Below are positions 50,516 to 64,000 of a DNA stretch of 64,000 nt, in pieces; the stretch's first letter is position 1; the number at the start of each line of letters is the position of its first letter. The DNA is from Macrostomum lignano. Lineage: Eukaryota. Both the position numbers and the translations under genes were made by a program. Below the pieces are notes generated by a model, which saw nothing but the letters and a program-made list of their open reading frames with translations, was not told where the DNA came from and searched no databases. The stretch spans positions 248,001 through 312,000 of the forward strand of contig NIVC01000100.1 in NCBI GenBank assembly GCA_002269645.1, read 5' to 3'.

Positions 50516-50518
50516 CTA

Positions 50519-50551
<33 letters not shown>

Positions 50552-50562
50552 CTAAGACAGAC

Positions 50563-50607
<45 letters not shown>

Positions 50608-50610
50608 TAT
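50475..50610. repeat. (GACA)n microsatellite
   Basis: Direct. Confidence 0.9.
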
Positions 50611-51559
50611 TCGCAATAGCTTTTTCGACCCCCAGCAGCTTACATATTTATTACAGATATCAAGGATGCGCTGAAAAAGCTGAACCCCAACAAAGCTAGC
50701 ACGGCTTAAGTCCGGCGAAATTTTCAGTGCAAATTAGCTTAATTTATGAGCTCCAGACTCAAGTTCAGCAAAGCACTACAGGGCATCATGATAATATAAT
50801 GCAGTTCTTAAAGCCCCTCTACCCAGGCTTGATAATAGCAAAGCAAAGCAAAGCTGGGGACAATACAAAACGCACTAAGAGAAAGACAGGCTTAGATTTA
50901 AGAGGCAGGTAAAAAAAGAATCAAATAAGAAAGAAAATGAGCGAACTAGCTACTACGAGAGTTGGTCGTGAAATCCGATTATAAAGAGATACTTCTGACA
51001 CAATAAAAGAGAAGGTGAGGCAGAGAGAAAACAGAAAGTACACCCATGCCAACCCAGCTTGCACAATTGGAATTTTTTAGGGCAATTTAAGCAGTTTAGT
51101 GCGCGCCGCTGCATCTACATCGTAATGCAAGGGCTAATTAACTTAGCTTATACGAGCTAGAGTGGCTCCATGGCATAAAATTAATGCTGGCATAAAATAA
51201 AATTAGTATAAATTTTTAACTGTCTTCTTTCCAGACAATTTTGCATCTTTTGGCGAAAACGTGATCAAAATTGGTCAAGAATTGCAATCTCTAGAGTGTT
51301 ATGGACAAGCAAGCATACAAACCTTAAAGATTTCGTATATTTAGAAGATAGAAGAAATGCCGGAACTCTCTATAGAGAACGTTGTGAAGCCTGCGCCACA
51401 TTTGAGACTATTATAAAAATAACCTGTTTTTACCAGTTCTTTCTCCATGAAAAAATGTAAGACTTAAGCTCATTTTTCAGCTTGAATTTGTCGATTAAAT
51501 CTAATAGAAGCAAGCTACGCTCGAAAATGATTAAGCAGTGTACATTAATATTACACCGC

Positions 51560-52320
51560 CCAGAGACACCCCATTTTAATTTATCCCTCCCCCCACAGAC
51601 ACCCCATTTTGATTTACACCTCCCCACCACAGACACCCCATTCTGATTTTTCTTTTTCCCCCACCACAGACCCCCCATTCTGATTTACCCCTCCCCACCA
51701 CAGACACCCCATTCTGATTTACCCCTCCCCACCACAGACACCCCATTCTGATTTACCCCTCCCCACCACAGACACCCCATTCTGATTTTACTCTTTCCCC
51801 CCACCACAGACACCCCATTTTGATTTTACTCTTTCCCCCACCACAGACACCCCATTCTGATTTTACTCTTTCCCCCCACCACAGACACCCCATTTTGATT
51901 TTACTCTTTCCCCCACCACAGACACCCCATTTTGATTTTACTCTTTCCCCCACCACAGACACCCCATTTTGATTTTACTCTTTCCCCCACCACAGACACC
52001 CCATTTTGATTTTACTCTTTCCCCCCACCACAGACACCCCATTTTGATTTTACTCTTTCCCCCCACCACAGACACCCCATTCTGATTTTACTCTTTCCCC
52101 CCACCACAGACACCCCATTTTGATTTTACTCTTTCCCCCCACCACAGACACCCCATTCTGATTTTACTCTTTCCCCCACCACAGACACCCCATTTTGATT
52201 TTACTCTTTCCCCCCACCACAGACACCCCATTCTGATTTTACTCTTTCCCCCCACCACAGACACCCCATTTTGATTTTACTCTTTCCCCCCACCACAGAC
52301 ACCCCGTTCTGATTTTACGC
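51560..52320. repeat. ~37-bp C-rich minisatellite (TTACTCTTTCCCCCACCACAGACACCCCATTTTGATT), NIM1K intron 1
   Basis: Tandem copies; G-tract rich on the gene's sense strand. Confidence 0.93.
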
Positions 52321-53839
52321 TCCCAGACACTTTGCAATTATAGAAAAGTGCAAAAGATGAAGATATTGCGAATTCAGTGCTAAACAGAACTGAAAACGTC
52401 TTAATCTCGCTAAACACTTTTTGAAGCAAAAATGAGTGCAGTAACCTTCTGCTTCAGCTGTCCATGAATAGAATTGGCTAGTTAGCTAGTACACATACTA
52501 TACGTATAATGGAACCTCAAAAATATAGTGCTTTGTTCTAATAATCGCTTCTGTTCTCCTAATTTGCTTTTCTATCTCTTTCACTCGACCGAGCGTCAGC
52601 CCTTCCTTCAATCCTAAAAAGGGGAGATACATGTAGCTACTTTAGAAGTCGAACGCAAATTAGTGGTCTAGGTGGAACTGACGGAAGTACCCGGTAAAAG
52701 GACACAAAGGACAAAGATACTCGGATGACCCTGTAAATGAGGCAGTCATTAGTTCTCATCTCCATACGGCTACACTGCGCTAAGCCAATGTAAACTTTTA
52801 AACCAAAATCTGGATCCCCAGCAACATATACATGTAGCAAGTTTCTATAGATGTCTACCCTAGAAGCCACAATGCTGTTGAGAATCTTTTACAAAAAAAT
52901 CTTTTCTGTGATCGCGAGGAAATGAACGAGAAGAGATGAGACGAGAAGGGAGATGAAATATAAGGGAGAGAGGAGAGAGAAGAGCGAAGAGAAGTAAAGC
53001 CCCAAATAAATACTTATGGTAGAAACCCCCATCTATGTCTTGTGGACGCTCCATTCACTGACAGTTTACTAACAGTGGGAAATAACTTATGCTTCAAATA
53101 CTAAAAAACCATAAACCAATAAAGCAATCAACTTTTGGTAAATTAAAACTAAGAATGCACTTGCCTTTGCAGATCTTTAATGAACTTTTTTAAAGGCTGG
53201 CTTCAACAGATTAGGTTTCCTAATCTTTCTCAGATTACGAGATCAACTTAAAGTTGAAATTTTTCTTTCGGTTAACAGGGCTAACAAATTTTCATTGGAT
53301 TTTAAATGTCGTTTCGACCTTGTAGACTTCCCAAGATGCTTTGAAGTCAACGTATAACTTTGTTTTATATTTCAAATAAATGACATCAATTTATTTCAAA
53401 ATTCACCTATTTAGGCTCATTAATTTTGTGCACTTTTGTTAACAAACCAACTAGGGATGAATTTGAGGCTTTCAGATAATCTTTCAATTCACTGAGAGGC
53501 ATGAAACTCGAACCGCTGCCTGTATTATATGAGGCTCGTTTGGCTAATCCTCCTGATGCTACTGACATAAGGCGAGAAATCCCCCGCATGGCCACGAGTC
53601 ACGAGTTATTATCCCCAAGAAGAGTCCGTGAGGATTGACGATGCCCAACCATTTCTTTGGCTTGCTGACATTTTCACGGATAACCTCTGTCCTTTATCCG
53701 CATTTAACCTTTAGCTAGTGCTTAGGAGGCCGGCAATCACGCTGCGTAGCTAACTAACAATTACACTTTGCTAGACTAAACCACTAATCTTTTGCATGCT
53801 CACCTGCTAGCGGCAACTCTCCTTGGCATTCTCAATATC

Positions 53840-54640
<801 letters not shown>

Positions 54641-55019
54641 CATCCATATCATGATTATTTAATTAAAACTTCTTAACAAGAATCCCTAATAAAAGTGAAA
54701 CCCCAAATGAAGCCAGTCCACAGAATTCCTATTTCTCGGAATCCCTAGGAGTTCAGCGCGAGCGGAAATTAATTTGCCTCATGTCTGAAAAATCTGATTC
54801 AGTTTTTGCACACGCGGACCGCAGACAGCATTAATTGAGGTGCAGCTGTGACTAAGATAACGGGCAGCCAGTTATGAAGCATTTTGCCTGCAGGGCGGCA
54901 CAGGTGAATTAAGACTAATTAAAGACCAACTGCGTGACAAACTCTGTGAATGCAAATTTCATTCCCTAGCCCTTTCCCTTTGAAGTCTTGTCTCTAGATC
55001 CCTGATTAACTGATTACTC

Positions 55020-55760
55020 CTTATCTCTCCCCTGTTCTATCCCTATCTCTCCCCTGTTCTATCCCTATCTCTCCCCTGTTCTATCCCTATCTCTCCCCTG
55101 TTCTATCCCTATCTCTCCCCTGTTCTATCCCTATCTCTCCCCTGTTCTATCCCTATGTCTCACCTGTTCTATCCCTATCTCTCCCCTGTTCTATCCCTAT
55201 CTCTCCCCTGTTCTATCCCTATCTCTCCCCTGTTCTATCCCTATCTCTCCCCTGTTCTATCCCTATCTCTCCCCTGTTCTATCCCTATCTCTCCCCTGTT
55301 CTATCCCTATCTCTCCCCTGTTCTATCCCTATCTCTCCCCTGTTCTATCCCTATGTCTCACCTGTTCTATCCCTATCTCTCCCCTGTTCTATCCCTATGT
55401 CTCCCCTGTTCTATCCCTATCTCTCCCCTGTTCTATCCCTATCTCTCCCCTGTTCTATCCCTATCTCTCCCCTGTTCTATCCCTATGTCTCACCTGTTCT
55501 ATCCCTATCGCTCCCCTGTTCTATCCCTATCTCTCCCCTGTTCTATCCCTATCTCTCCCCTGTTCTATCCCTATCTCTCCCCTGTTCTATCCCTATGTCT
55601 CACCTGTTCTATCCCTATCTCTCCCCTGTTCTATCCCTGTCTCTCCCCCTTTCATCTCCATATCTCCCCTGTTCTATCCCTGTCTCTCCCCCTTTCATCT
55701 CCATATCTCCCCTGTTCTATCCCTGTCTCTCCCCCTTTCATCTCCATATCTCCCCTGTTG
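55020..55760. repeat. 22-bp minisatellite (ATCTCTCCCCTGTTCTATCCCT)
   Basis: Direct. Confidence 0.95.
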
Positions 55761-56129
55761 ATAAATCCTGCTGTCAGTTTTGCATATCACCAAATTGATT
55801 GCTTTTCCAGTCTATTGAAGAGCCGAACAAAAGACAGACAAACAAAAGACCAACGTATTAAAGCGACTCAATCATTTTCACGCTTTGCTACAATAGCATA
55901 ATGATAAGCAATTATCCAGCATTCAGTCTGTTTAGCTACTAGCTCACTCAAAAGTCAATCAATACAAGCATTGACAAAGCAGAGCCTGCTGCAAAGAAAA
56001 TAAATTGACAAGTAGAGAATGGAGAGGTTTACAAGTAGGCTCTATTTCGTTTTACTCAACACCGAGTTCTAACTTCTACGTTTTTCTTCGAAAAGAGGCA
56101 TTCTTAAAATATCTTCAGACACTTTTCAT

Positions 56130-56300
56130 GCACACCTTTAGACACATATCGCCCATATCTTCAGACACATTTTCAGGCACTTCTCCAGACACATTTTCAG
56201 GCACTTCTCCAGACACATTTTCAGGCACTTCTCCAGACATATTTTCAGGAAAATTTTCAGGCACATAGTCAAGCATTTACCTCTACGCATAACCTTCAGG
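56130..56300. repeat. 24-bp short tandem repeat (CAGACACATTTTCAGGCACTTCTC)
   Basis: A few copies close to the NIM1K exon 1 donor. Confidence 0.8.
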
Positions 56301-56359
56301 CACTTCAGACCCACGTCGGGCACTCAGGCTACCCCACCATCTCTCCCTCTCCAACTCAC

Positions 56360-56792
56360 CCTTCGTCAGAGCGTGAGTAGCCAATTTGACCTGGGAGAAG
56401 TTACCAGTCCCCAGTTCACCTCTGATCCTGTAGAAACCAATTCGTCGACCCAGCGTGATTTCCTTCTGCACGTTGTCGTCGTTTTCCAATTCAAATGTCA
56501 ACTTCTCGTAGGCAGTCATGAGTGAACCATTCACGGCGTCTGCTCGGCCGTAGAGCTGCGAGCCGGTGGAGCCGGTCACGCTTAAGCTGCTAGCGGTTCC
56601 GTAGCCCAGAGATTCGGAATGCGGCACTGAGCCTTGGCTGCCCCTGGCTGGCACAGCTGCTGCTGTTGATGCAGCAGACTTTCCATGCGCTGTACCAGAC
56701 TCTTCTCCTCTGCTTCCGGTGTTATTATTATTACTATTATTGATTTTGCTGCTACCACCGGCACTACCGGCACTGTTACTTTCGGCTGTCAT
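56360..56792 (-). CDS. NIM1K: NIM1-like kinase first coding exon
   Basis: Probable ATG at 56792 (MTAESNS); LMTAYEKLTFELENDDNVQKEITLGRRIGFYRIRGELGTGNFSQVKLATH is NIM1-characteristic; donor G|GTGAGT at 56358-59. Confidence 0.9.
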
Positions 56793-58599
56793 TGAGGCCG
56801 GGGGGTCTCGCGTTTCGGTCTTTGTGAACTGGCTTGATCTATACACCGTTGGTAGGCAGTTTGCTGTCTGCAATTATAACAAAGCGGGTTTATTTTTTAT
56901 CGCAAGCAATCCGGCGATTTTCTTCTATCTAAATATGAAACTCCTATCGAATAGGAACTGCTTAAAATGGGGAAAAGAAGTTCTTCAAGAGTCCAGACAG
57001 TCGCCAGCCAATCAGATTGGTTGAAAGGTTGGGGCCACGTTTTTTTTCCAAAGCAGTCAGACAAACTGGACAAGAACCCGGACTCTCTATGCGTGTACAA
57101 CACAAAGCAGCTCAGCTAGTAGCAGGTCCAGCCCTATTGTCGCTATAGATTAAGCTCCCTGCCTCTCTTCTCCTGCTCCGCTGCACCCCCCCTCTACCCG
57201 GTTGCTATGGACTCTGCCAGGCCTTAGCAACAACATCGGAATGAGGGGAGAAGAGGAAGAATAGACGGTCATATAATATGGGAAACTGGAAAGTAACATA
57301 AGATTTAGGGTTCTGAAGGGATGAGGGATAGGAAAAGTAGTGTAAAACTGTACGCTCTGGCTACCAATAATTTTTTCTCCAGCAAGCCACGGAGAGAGAG
57401 AGCGAACGCCTAAAATCTTGCATTGTTTGCATTCAAGCCAGTTGGTGCAGATGCATATACTATAAGCTAAGGCCGAGTCTATCCCTGCTTGCATTGCAAC
57501 CTTGCTGAGCAGGCAGATGAGGGTGGGGGCGGCTGGTCTAGCTAGTTGAATAAGCCCTTGCCTCCAACCCCACTGTTTCAGGTCTCTCCACACGCTGCAC
57601 TGCACACCGCCGTCCTCCCTCCTAGGAAAAGTGCAATTACTGAATGAGATTTTCTAGACACACTTACTAAGCAAACAATTAGCAAAAACTATTCTTTTGC
57701 TCAAAAGCAAAAAACACTCGTTACTAACAAAACGAACAGTTGTACTAGTTAAATTTCGTTGAATTAGATAAAGAATATTTTAAAATTGTGTAATTCTCAA
57801 TTATAATTTAATAATATCATACTTCGCTAGTGCATTGTTAATTGAGGTGCAGTGTGTGCTTTATAGAAAAACTGCTAGACGAGATTGAGAGTCTGCATTG
57901 CAGCGACAGTTTCCATGGTTACACAGCTGCAATCTGTCATCATTCTTAGTTGGGGTTCATGCTTTATTCAGCCTAGAGTACACACACATACACGAGTCTG
58001 ATTGGCATAATTGAATGCTAACTCTCTGCCACTGTGAGCATTTGAGCAGTCAATAGATGAGGAAATTCTTTTATTAACAATGAGACTGCATTGTAAATCT
58101 GTTTTATATTGTGCTAATGAATGAATTTTGCCAGTCAGTGGAAATGCAGAGTTGCCCACTATAATAGCAAATTAATGACATTCATAGAGATTGATTGCAA
58201 TTCTGAGCCAACTTGTCCCAACTTGCTTCTGAAAGTACTAAAAGTTTAGATTATGCTTAACAAAGTAACTTTGTTAAGTAACTTTGTTTATAGAGCATTC
58301 AGATTTTGGCATTCAGATTTTGATTTTTATTGCAGATCAAAGATTTTAAAATAACTAGGTTTAGTAGATTAAGGATTAGGATATGTACATTATTTCTAGG
58401 TAGGTATAATTTATTAGCATTTTTAAGATTGCAATCCTACTTTCTACTAAGATCTTAGGATTTTGGGATCAGGATTAGGATTGTATTTATATATACAACT
58501 TTAAGTAGTATTAAAATAAATCTCTTTTTCTTTAAAACATAAATTTAGACCCAATTAGTGACAAACTATAGCCAAACAGGAGATTTTCTTTCTAGTTTA

Positions 58600-58790
58600 T
58601 AATCTATATATTACATCTATAATCTACATCTACATCTACATCTACATATTACATCTACATATTACATATTACATACATATTACATCATATTACATATTAC
58701 ATATTATATATTATGTATGTACATATTATGTACATATTACATAATATATATTACATACATATTACATCTGCAATCTATAATCTATTACAG
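58600..58790. repeat. AT-rich (TACATAT/TACATC)-type simple repeat
   Basis: Direct. Confidence 0.75.
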
Positions 58791-59929
58791 AGTGTTTTAT
58801 GTAATAGGAATGTTAGATGGTTTCTTGTTTTTTAATACAATAAAGATGTTATATAATAGGTCTTAACTCTATGAATTATACCCTAAGATTAGACCCTAGA
58901 TGCAATTTTTTATTCTGGCACTAGCAAAAAATAGTGTATATATATAGGCCTACCATGCAATATAATCTAGATTAGCTTATGGCTATGCCCTATGGTTAAA
59001 ATATAGCTTAAAATTTATATTAAAAATGTGATTTAAATGATTCTTTAAATCTGCTTTTATTGAAATTGTAACAATTTCTATAAAGAAACAAATAGTGGTT
59101 TAAAAATTGGAAAACAAAAATTGAAGTCATTTAGTAAATAGATTTCAATTTTGGGAATTTTATATGCTAATTTTATAGATATAGATTCATATATACTTGT
59201 AGTAAAGATTCTCAGGATAAAATAAGATTAGAGCAATATTGTTGCATGTTACTTCCCTATTATATATTAGGCCTATATAAGTATATATAGAAATTAGCCA
59301 GCAATTGCATGAATGCCGAAAGCTCTGTCTAGGGTAGTCCAGTCTTGAAAAGCTAGTCTGGACTTAAGATTTGGTATGCAGAAATGCAAAGTTTGACTGG
59401 TCTACTATAGACAGAACTAGGGTAGCTAGACCATAGACCATAGATCGACTGAACTATCCAAGTCCGGACTAGCTAGTCTGGACTAAGCTTTCTGCATACA
59501 GCCCATAATGTCAAGTGCAAAGGGCTTATAATAGCAAATTAACTAGAATATTTTGCTAATCAATACCATGGCTTAATAGCTACTTGTTTAGGTAGGCCCC
59601 TAATATTTTTACTTTATAGTTCAAAAACTTAAAACCTGGACGATTTTTTCATTTTCGAAAACTGATTATAATAAAAACAGTTAAAAACATGACTGGAACG
59701 GCTCACAAACATACTAAAAAACGTAGCAGATCAGGATATCGCAATGACAATGAGCTAACAGTTTATTACTGGTAGAAAAATAAAGTCGTATTGAAAATGA
59801 AAAGCAATTATGCCAAGTAGTGGAACCAAGGAAAGTCATTCGTACAGTGCAGTTAAAGCTAGAACAAATTTAGAGGGTTTACGCACAAAATTTCTGATAA
59901 GGTGCTGAGCAAATTGGACGCTGTTAACC

Positions 59930-60600
59930 TCAGACGTCAACTTGTTCTTTGGAAAAAAACATAAAACGTACAAAATTAAAAACTAGAAGTGCATGCACGT
60001 ATCCAGCTGTAACAAATAAAAGCTTTATGGTTATAACAAATGTTACATTACTGTCTCTGTTTAACTTGAACAAAATTAAAATTAAAAGGACCCAAAGCAT
60101 TTCAAAATATCTAATATTTCTATTGATTGGCATAACTACATCTTTCGGCAAAGCTTTGATGTTCAATACTATTTAACTGAATGCTCTAATGTGGATTGTA
60201 AAAACTATATCATCAGATCTGCCTGCAACTACTATTGTTCAAAGTCACTAAACTTTCGCTTGAGCACCTGACTCTGCGAGATGCAGCTGTAAGCAAGTCG
60301 AGCGCCAGCAGTTAAATGCATAGAGTTCAAAAGTTTATCGCTGTAACTAAGATGCGTCGTCTCCATAATGGGAAACACCGAGCGAAGACACGGCAGCAGC
60401 AGAATGTAGGCCACTAATATTAGACCGACGAGAATCGAAGCTACACACACTGCCATGGACCAGCCACGCTTGATTTCTAGCGGGGCCGTGAACTCGTGAA
60501 GAGGCAGTATAACTCTGGACTTGGCCATGGTTAGGATTGGACACACAACCAGACCAAAGATCAATAGGATTAAGATAGAAATACTTTCAAAATCGAACCT
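59930..60600 (-). pseudogene. Possible decayed multi-pass membrane protein fragment
   Basis: Hydrophobic segments (ISILILLIFGLVVC; AVCVASILVGLILVAYILLL; MLWVLLILILF) separated by stops or frameshifts; family not established. Confidence 0.25.
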
Positions 60601-60829
60601 GTTACAGTAGATGGTTTAAAGGTAATCTTTTTATAGAGGTTGATTGACTCGTACAGGACATAAGACGCATGCATACCATGTATGCATCATGCAGATGATA
60701 TGATGAGCTTTATAGTGAAATCAACTATTATCAATCTATATGCAAATTGTTATGAAATAATTCAACTTAAATTAATGTTGCTACTGCTTTGGGACACGAA
60801 ACTGTGCTTTAAATAAAATTGGAATACAT

Positions 60830-62361
60830 ATTATTCTGGTGCATGGTCTCAAAGTACTCGTATCCGATCGTACCCTCTCGTATCCTCCTATACTTACAAG
60901 GGCTCATGCCATACAGTTCGTATCTAACGGGAGCAAAAATCAATGAGACAAGCGACCCGCAGCAAGCTAGGAGGCAAAGCAGACAAGCAGGGGTTATATA
61001 TGGTACGCTGGAGCTCCTGGTGCTAGCTTAATTGCCCCTCAAACGGAATGGCGCCAAAAGTACATGCATACAGGTACAACTTTAAGTCATCATACAGGTT
61101 GTACAGATGCCCCGACTTTCTCATATAGTCCACCGGCACTTGCGCAGATACACTCCTTATCCTGCAGCTCAAAGATTACCCCTCAATGGGAGTGAATTAC
61201 ACAACTTAATTATCAAGTCCTAACAAAGATGCAATATTTTTCCAACTTACGATGGAGCATCGAAGGTATGGGTCCACTCGGCCATAATATGACCAACGTT
61301 CGCTCGCTTTTTCCTGCTGGTAGTGGTCCTGCCGATTTCCTTCATAATGTCTGTCCCTTTCTTACGGGACTCTTTTAGTGCGTTGGCAAAGTTTTGTAGT
61401 CCGCCTGCACGGGTTAGGGGGTATAAGTAAAAGTTGAGTGTGTATTGCCGATCATCATAAGCTTAAGTAGATACTCGTAGATCTCACCCTGAGTAGCAGC
61501 ATGGTGAGATTCAGTAGGATTTGACCGTTCAACTGGTCGGCACCTTCTTTGACGTCTTTGTCTCGCGGTACACCGATATTGTCCAGTTAATTCCACTTCG
61601 CCAAACTCTTTCACGGATTCATTATTGGTCTTATTAATGGTCTCCCTCCTGCTGATGGCCTCTTTTAATGCATCCTCATCTGTTTGGTAGGTGACTATCG
61701 GCTTGACTTTGGTGCTCGCGTCCGATTCTGCATGCTTGGAGTTGAGCGTGTTGGTCTCATCCTTGATCTTGTTCTCATCCTTGATCTTGGTCGCATCCTT
61801 GATCGTGGTCGCATCCTTGGTCTCATCCTTGATCTTTGTCGCATCCTTGATCTTTGTCACATCCTTGATCTTTGTCGCATCCTTGATCTTGGTCTCATCC
61901 TTGGTCTCATCCTTGATCTTGGTCGCATCCTTGATCTTGGTCGCATCCTTGGTTTCATCCTTGGTCTCATTTTTCATCGCGTTTTTCGACTTATCTCTGG
62001 TCTCCTTTTTTGCTTTATTGTCGGTACCGCTTGTTATTGTCTCAGCTTTCACAGCTCTCATATCGTCTTTCGATTTGGCATTCGTATCATTTCCACGGAT
62101 TCCAATGCGATTCTCGTCCACCTCCACTGCGAGAGATTCTGCCGGAATCGATGCAACATCGCTCAAGGACGATTTCTCAGCAGTGTTGTCTTCCATGTTT
62201 TCGTCCAGATAGCAAATATTTATAAAATCAGTAATCAGTTTTGTAAAGATGCGCTCTGTTTGGTAAAAACTCAGATTTGAATCGCGTATTGTGTTGGCTA
62301 CTGCAGGGCCGTTTATAACTTCTTGCCATAGACAGTTGTCAAATATATCAGTGAGGGACAT
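60830..62361 (-). CDS. Putative spliced gene or pseudogene: long charged N-terminal region with KDATKI repeats, then Rab-like residual motifs
   Basis: Large ORF from 62361 ends in IYEYLLKLMMIG; clean exon 61251-61404 (CTAAC branch, TGCAG acceptor, GTAAGT donor); downstream DYMRKSGI and GYEYFET motifs; no P-loop. Confidence 0.35.
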
Positions 62362-62406
62362 TCAGTGCCTGCCATTCATTGTTTTTAGAGCTTTGAGTGT
62401 GCGATT

Positions 62407-62517
<111 letters not shown>

Positions 62518-63249
62518 ACAATCAAACGATCGAGAGCGCTTTGACAGAGTGACGACACTCAATGGGAGAGTGCTTTTTACAGAGTGACAAAGAGTCTCAA
62601 AAGTAAATACATGTACTACAAAATACGGGTAGTAAAGAGATATTTTATACTGAATAAAAACATTTTTAAACCATCTTTTATAACCCCCCTTTAAAATTTT
62701 GTTTTGGTTTTACAGATTTTAATTCTTCGTATGGTTAATTAAGAAGAACCTCTAACCTAGAGGTTAGAAGTGACTCCTAAGTGTTTGTAAAACACATTTA
62801 CGGCTCAGTCTTAAGTTCGAAACTAAGTTGGAACTTAGGAGTCAGTCTTAAGACGCAGTTCGTAAAACAACCCCCAGTGCCTTAAAGTACATTTACATAA
62901 AGTCGCAAGTCAATTGTATATAATTGACAATTGTTAATCCAACATTGGAATGGGTTTTTAATGAAGTATGAAATTACGATTACAAGTATAAAGCTCTATA
63001 TCCCTCACCAAAATATAAATATATCACTCAGGTTGATTAAAATTTAACTGCAGCCTAAAGCGGCCAATTAGCTAGATATTGGCGCACTTCCTAATACATC
63101 AATTATTGATATTACGCTCGTAAAAGTAGCTGACGGTTTGTAGGGTTGGAGTTGTCAGACCGAAAATAATGAAGTTGATTAGGGTAAGTAAGCTAGCGAT
63201 GGTTGAGCAAATATTAATTAGTGACTGTGATGTTGTGGAGAGGACAGAT

Positions 63250-63615
63250 GGGAAGAGACTAGGGAGGTTGAGACTGGGAAAGGGAGGGTGAGATTGGAAA
63301 AGAGAGGGTGAGACTGGGGAAGGGAGGGTGAGTTTTTGGAAAGGGAGGGTGAGACTGGAAAAGGGAGGGTGAGACTGGGGAAGGGAGGGTGAAGCTGGGG
63401 AACAGAGGGTGAGACTGGGGAAGAGAGGGAGACTGGGATTATAGGGTGAGACTTAGGATTAGAGAGTGAGACTAGGGATTAGAGGGTGAGACTAGGGATT
63501 AGAGGGTGAGACTAGGGATTAGAGGGTGAGACTAGGGATTAGAGGGTGAGACTAGGGATTAGAGGGTGAGACTAGGGATTAGAGGGTGAGACTAGGGATT
63601 AGAGGGTGAGACTTG
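63250..63615. repeat. 20-21-bp G-rich minisatellite (GGGAAAGGGAGGGTGAGACTG grading to GGGATTAGAGGGTGAGACTA)
   Basis: Direct. Confidence 0.9.
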
Positions 63616-64000
63616 AGTTTGTAGTGGAGCAGCAATGAAATAAAGTACAGCCAGAGGATTAGCATGAAAAATCGCCTTATGCTGAAGCAACCTACATAAA
63701 TCAATTATTCCCTTTCACAAAGACCGTTGATTGTATTTGTTCATGGTACTCATAAATCAATTATTTGTCATTGTAACACGAGATTTGTTACTAGCAAAAG
63801 AAAGTCACAGAACAAAGTTGGTTGTATCGATTTACATCTGGAAAAGATCAGAACTAAGCTGGCTACGGCATTTCGGATCGAAGGATCGTTAAAGACAATT
63901 TGTTTATCTGCGAGAAACAGTTTGTGGCGTGCTTTAATGATTTATTGTGCCTATGGCAATGTACTTTACAGAGTATTACAAATGGAATTCCGAATATTTT

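Noticed and set aside
52637-52870. KVYIG as a GIY-YIG endonuclease remnant
   Set aside because: Single short motif without other supporting residues or an RT
53400-53640. TLLGDNNS as LINE ORF1 esterase remnant
   Set aside because: Too degenerate to support by eye
54831-57852. Identical 15-mer TTAATTGAGGTGCAG at 54831 and 57838 as a shared enhancer
   Set aside because: About one 15-bp match is expected by chance in a window this size
59310-59505. Small inverted-repeat element (GTATGCAGAAA / TTTCTGCATAC)
   Set aside because: Only short, degenerate inverted matches and no TSD; boundaries not supportable
63480-63615. Telomeric repeat
   Set aside because: The unit is 20 bp (GGGATTAGAGGGTGAGACTA), not TTAGGG

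Overview
Eukaryotic (metazoan) genomic DNA. GC-rich exons with poly-Gly/Gln/Ala runs separated by satellite-filled introns resemble the flatworm Macrostomum; this is an inference and the species is not confirmed. Two conserved spliced genes lie on the minus strand. The first is the 5' part of a Dopey/DOP1 (pad-1) gene: six coding exons from 22543 down to 14822, continuing off the left edge through a >14.7 kb 36-bp satellite intron. The second is a complete NIM1-like AMPK-family kinase with three coding exons (56792-47425). Between them lie an intronless secreted PAN + LamG-type gene, decayed ALK/LTK-type glycine-rich-domain genes and many mobile elements: LINE fragments, a tRNA-SINE with TSD, a MITE with 8-bp TSD, a probable solo LTR, a mariner remnant and an internally deleted THAP/P-element. 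The most notable non-coding structure is a 590-bp near-perfect palindrome carrying two inverted Penelope-type hammerhead ribozyme motifs, inserted in a 23-bp satellite. At the right end is a possible highly divergent Rab-like gene. Most ORFs in the supplied track are artefacts of tandem repeats. There is no CRISPR array, rRNA or true tRNA.
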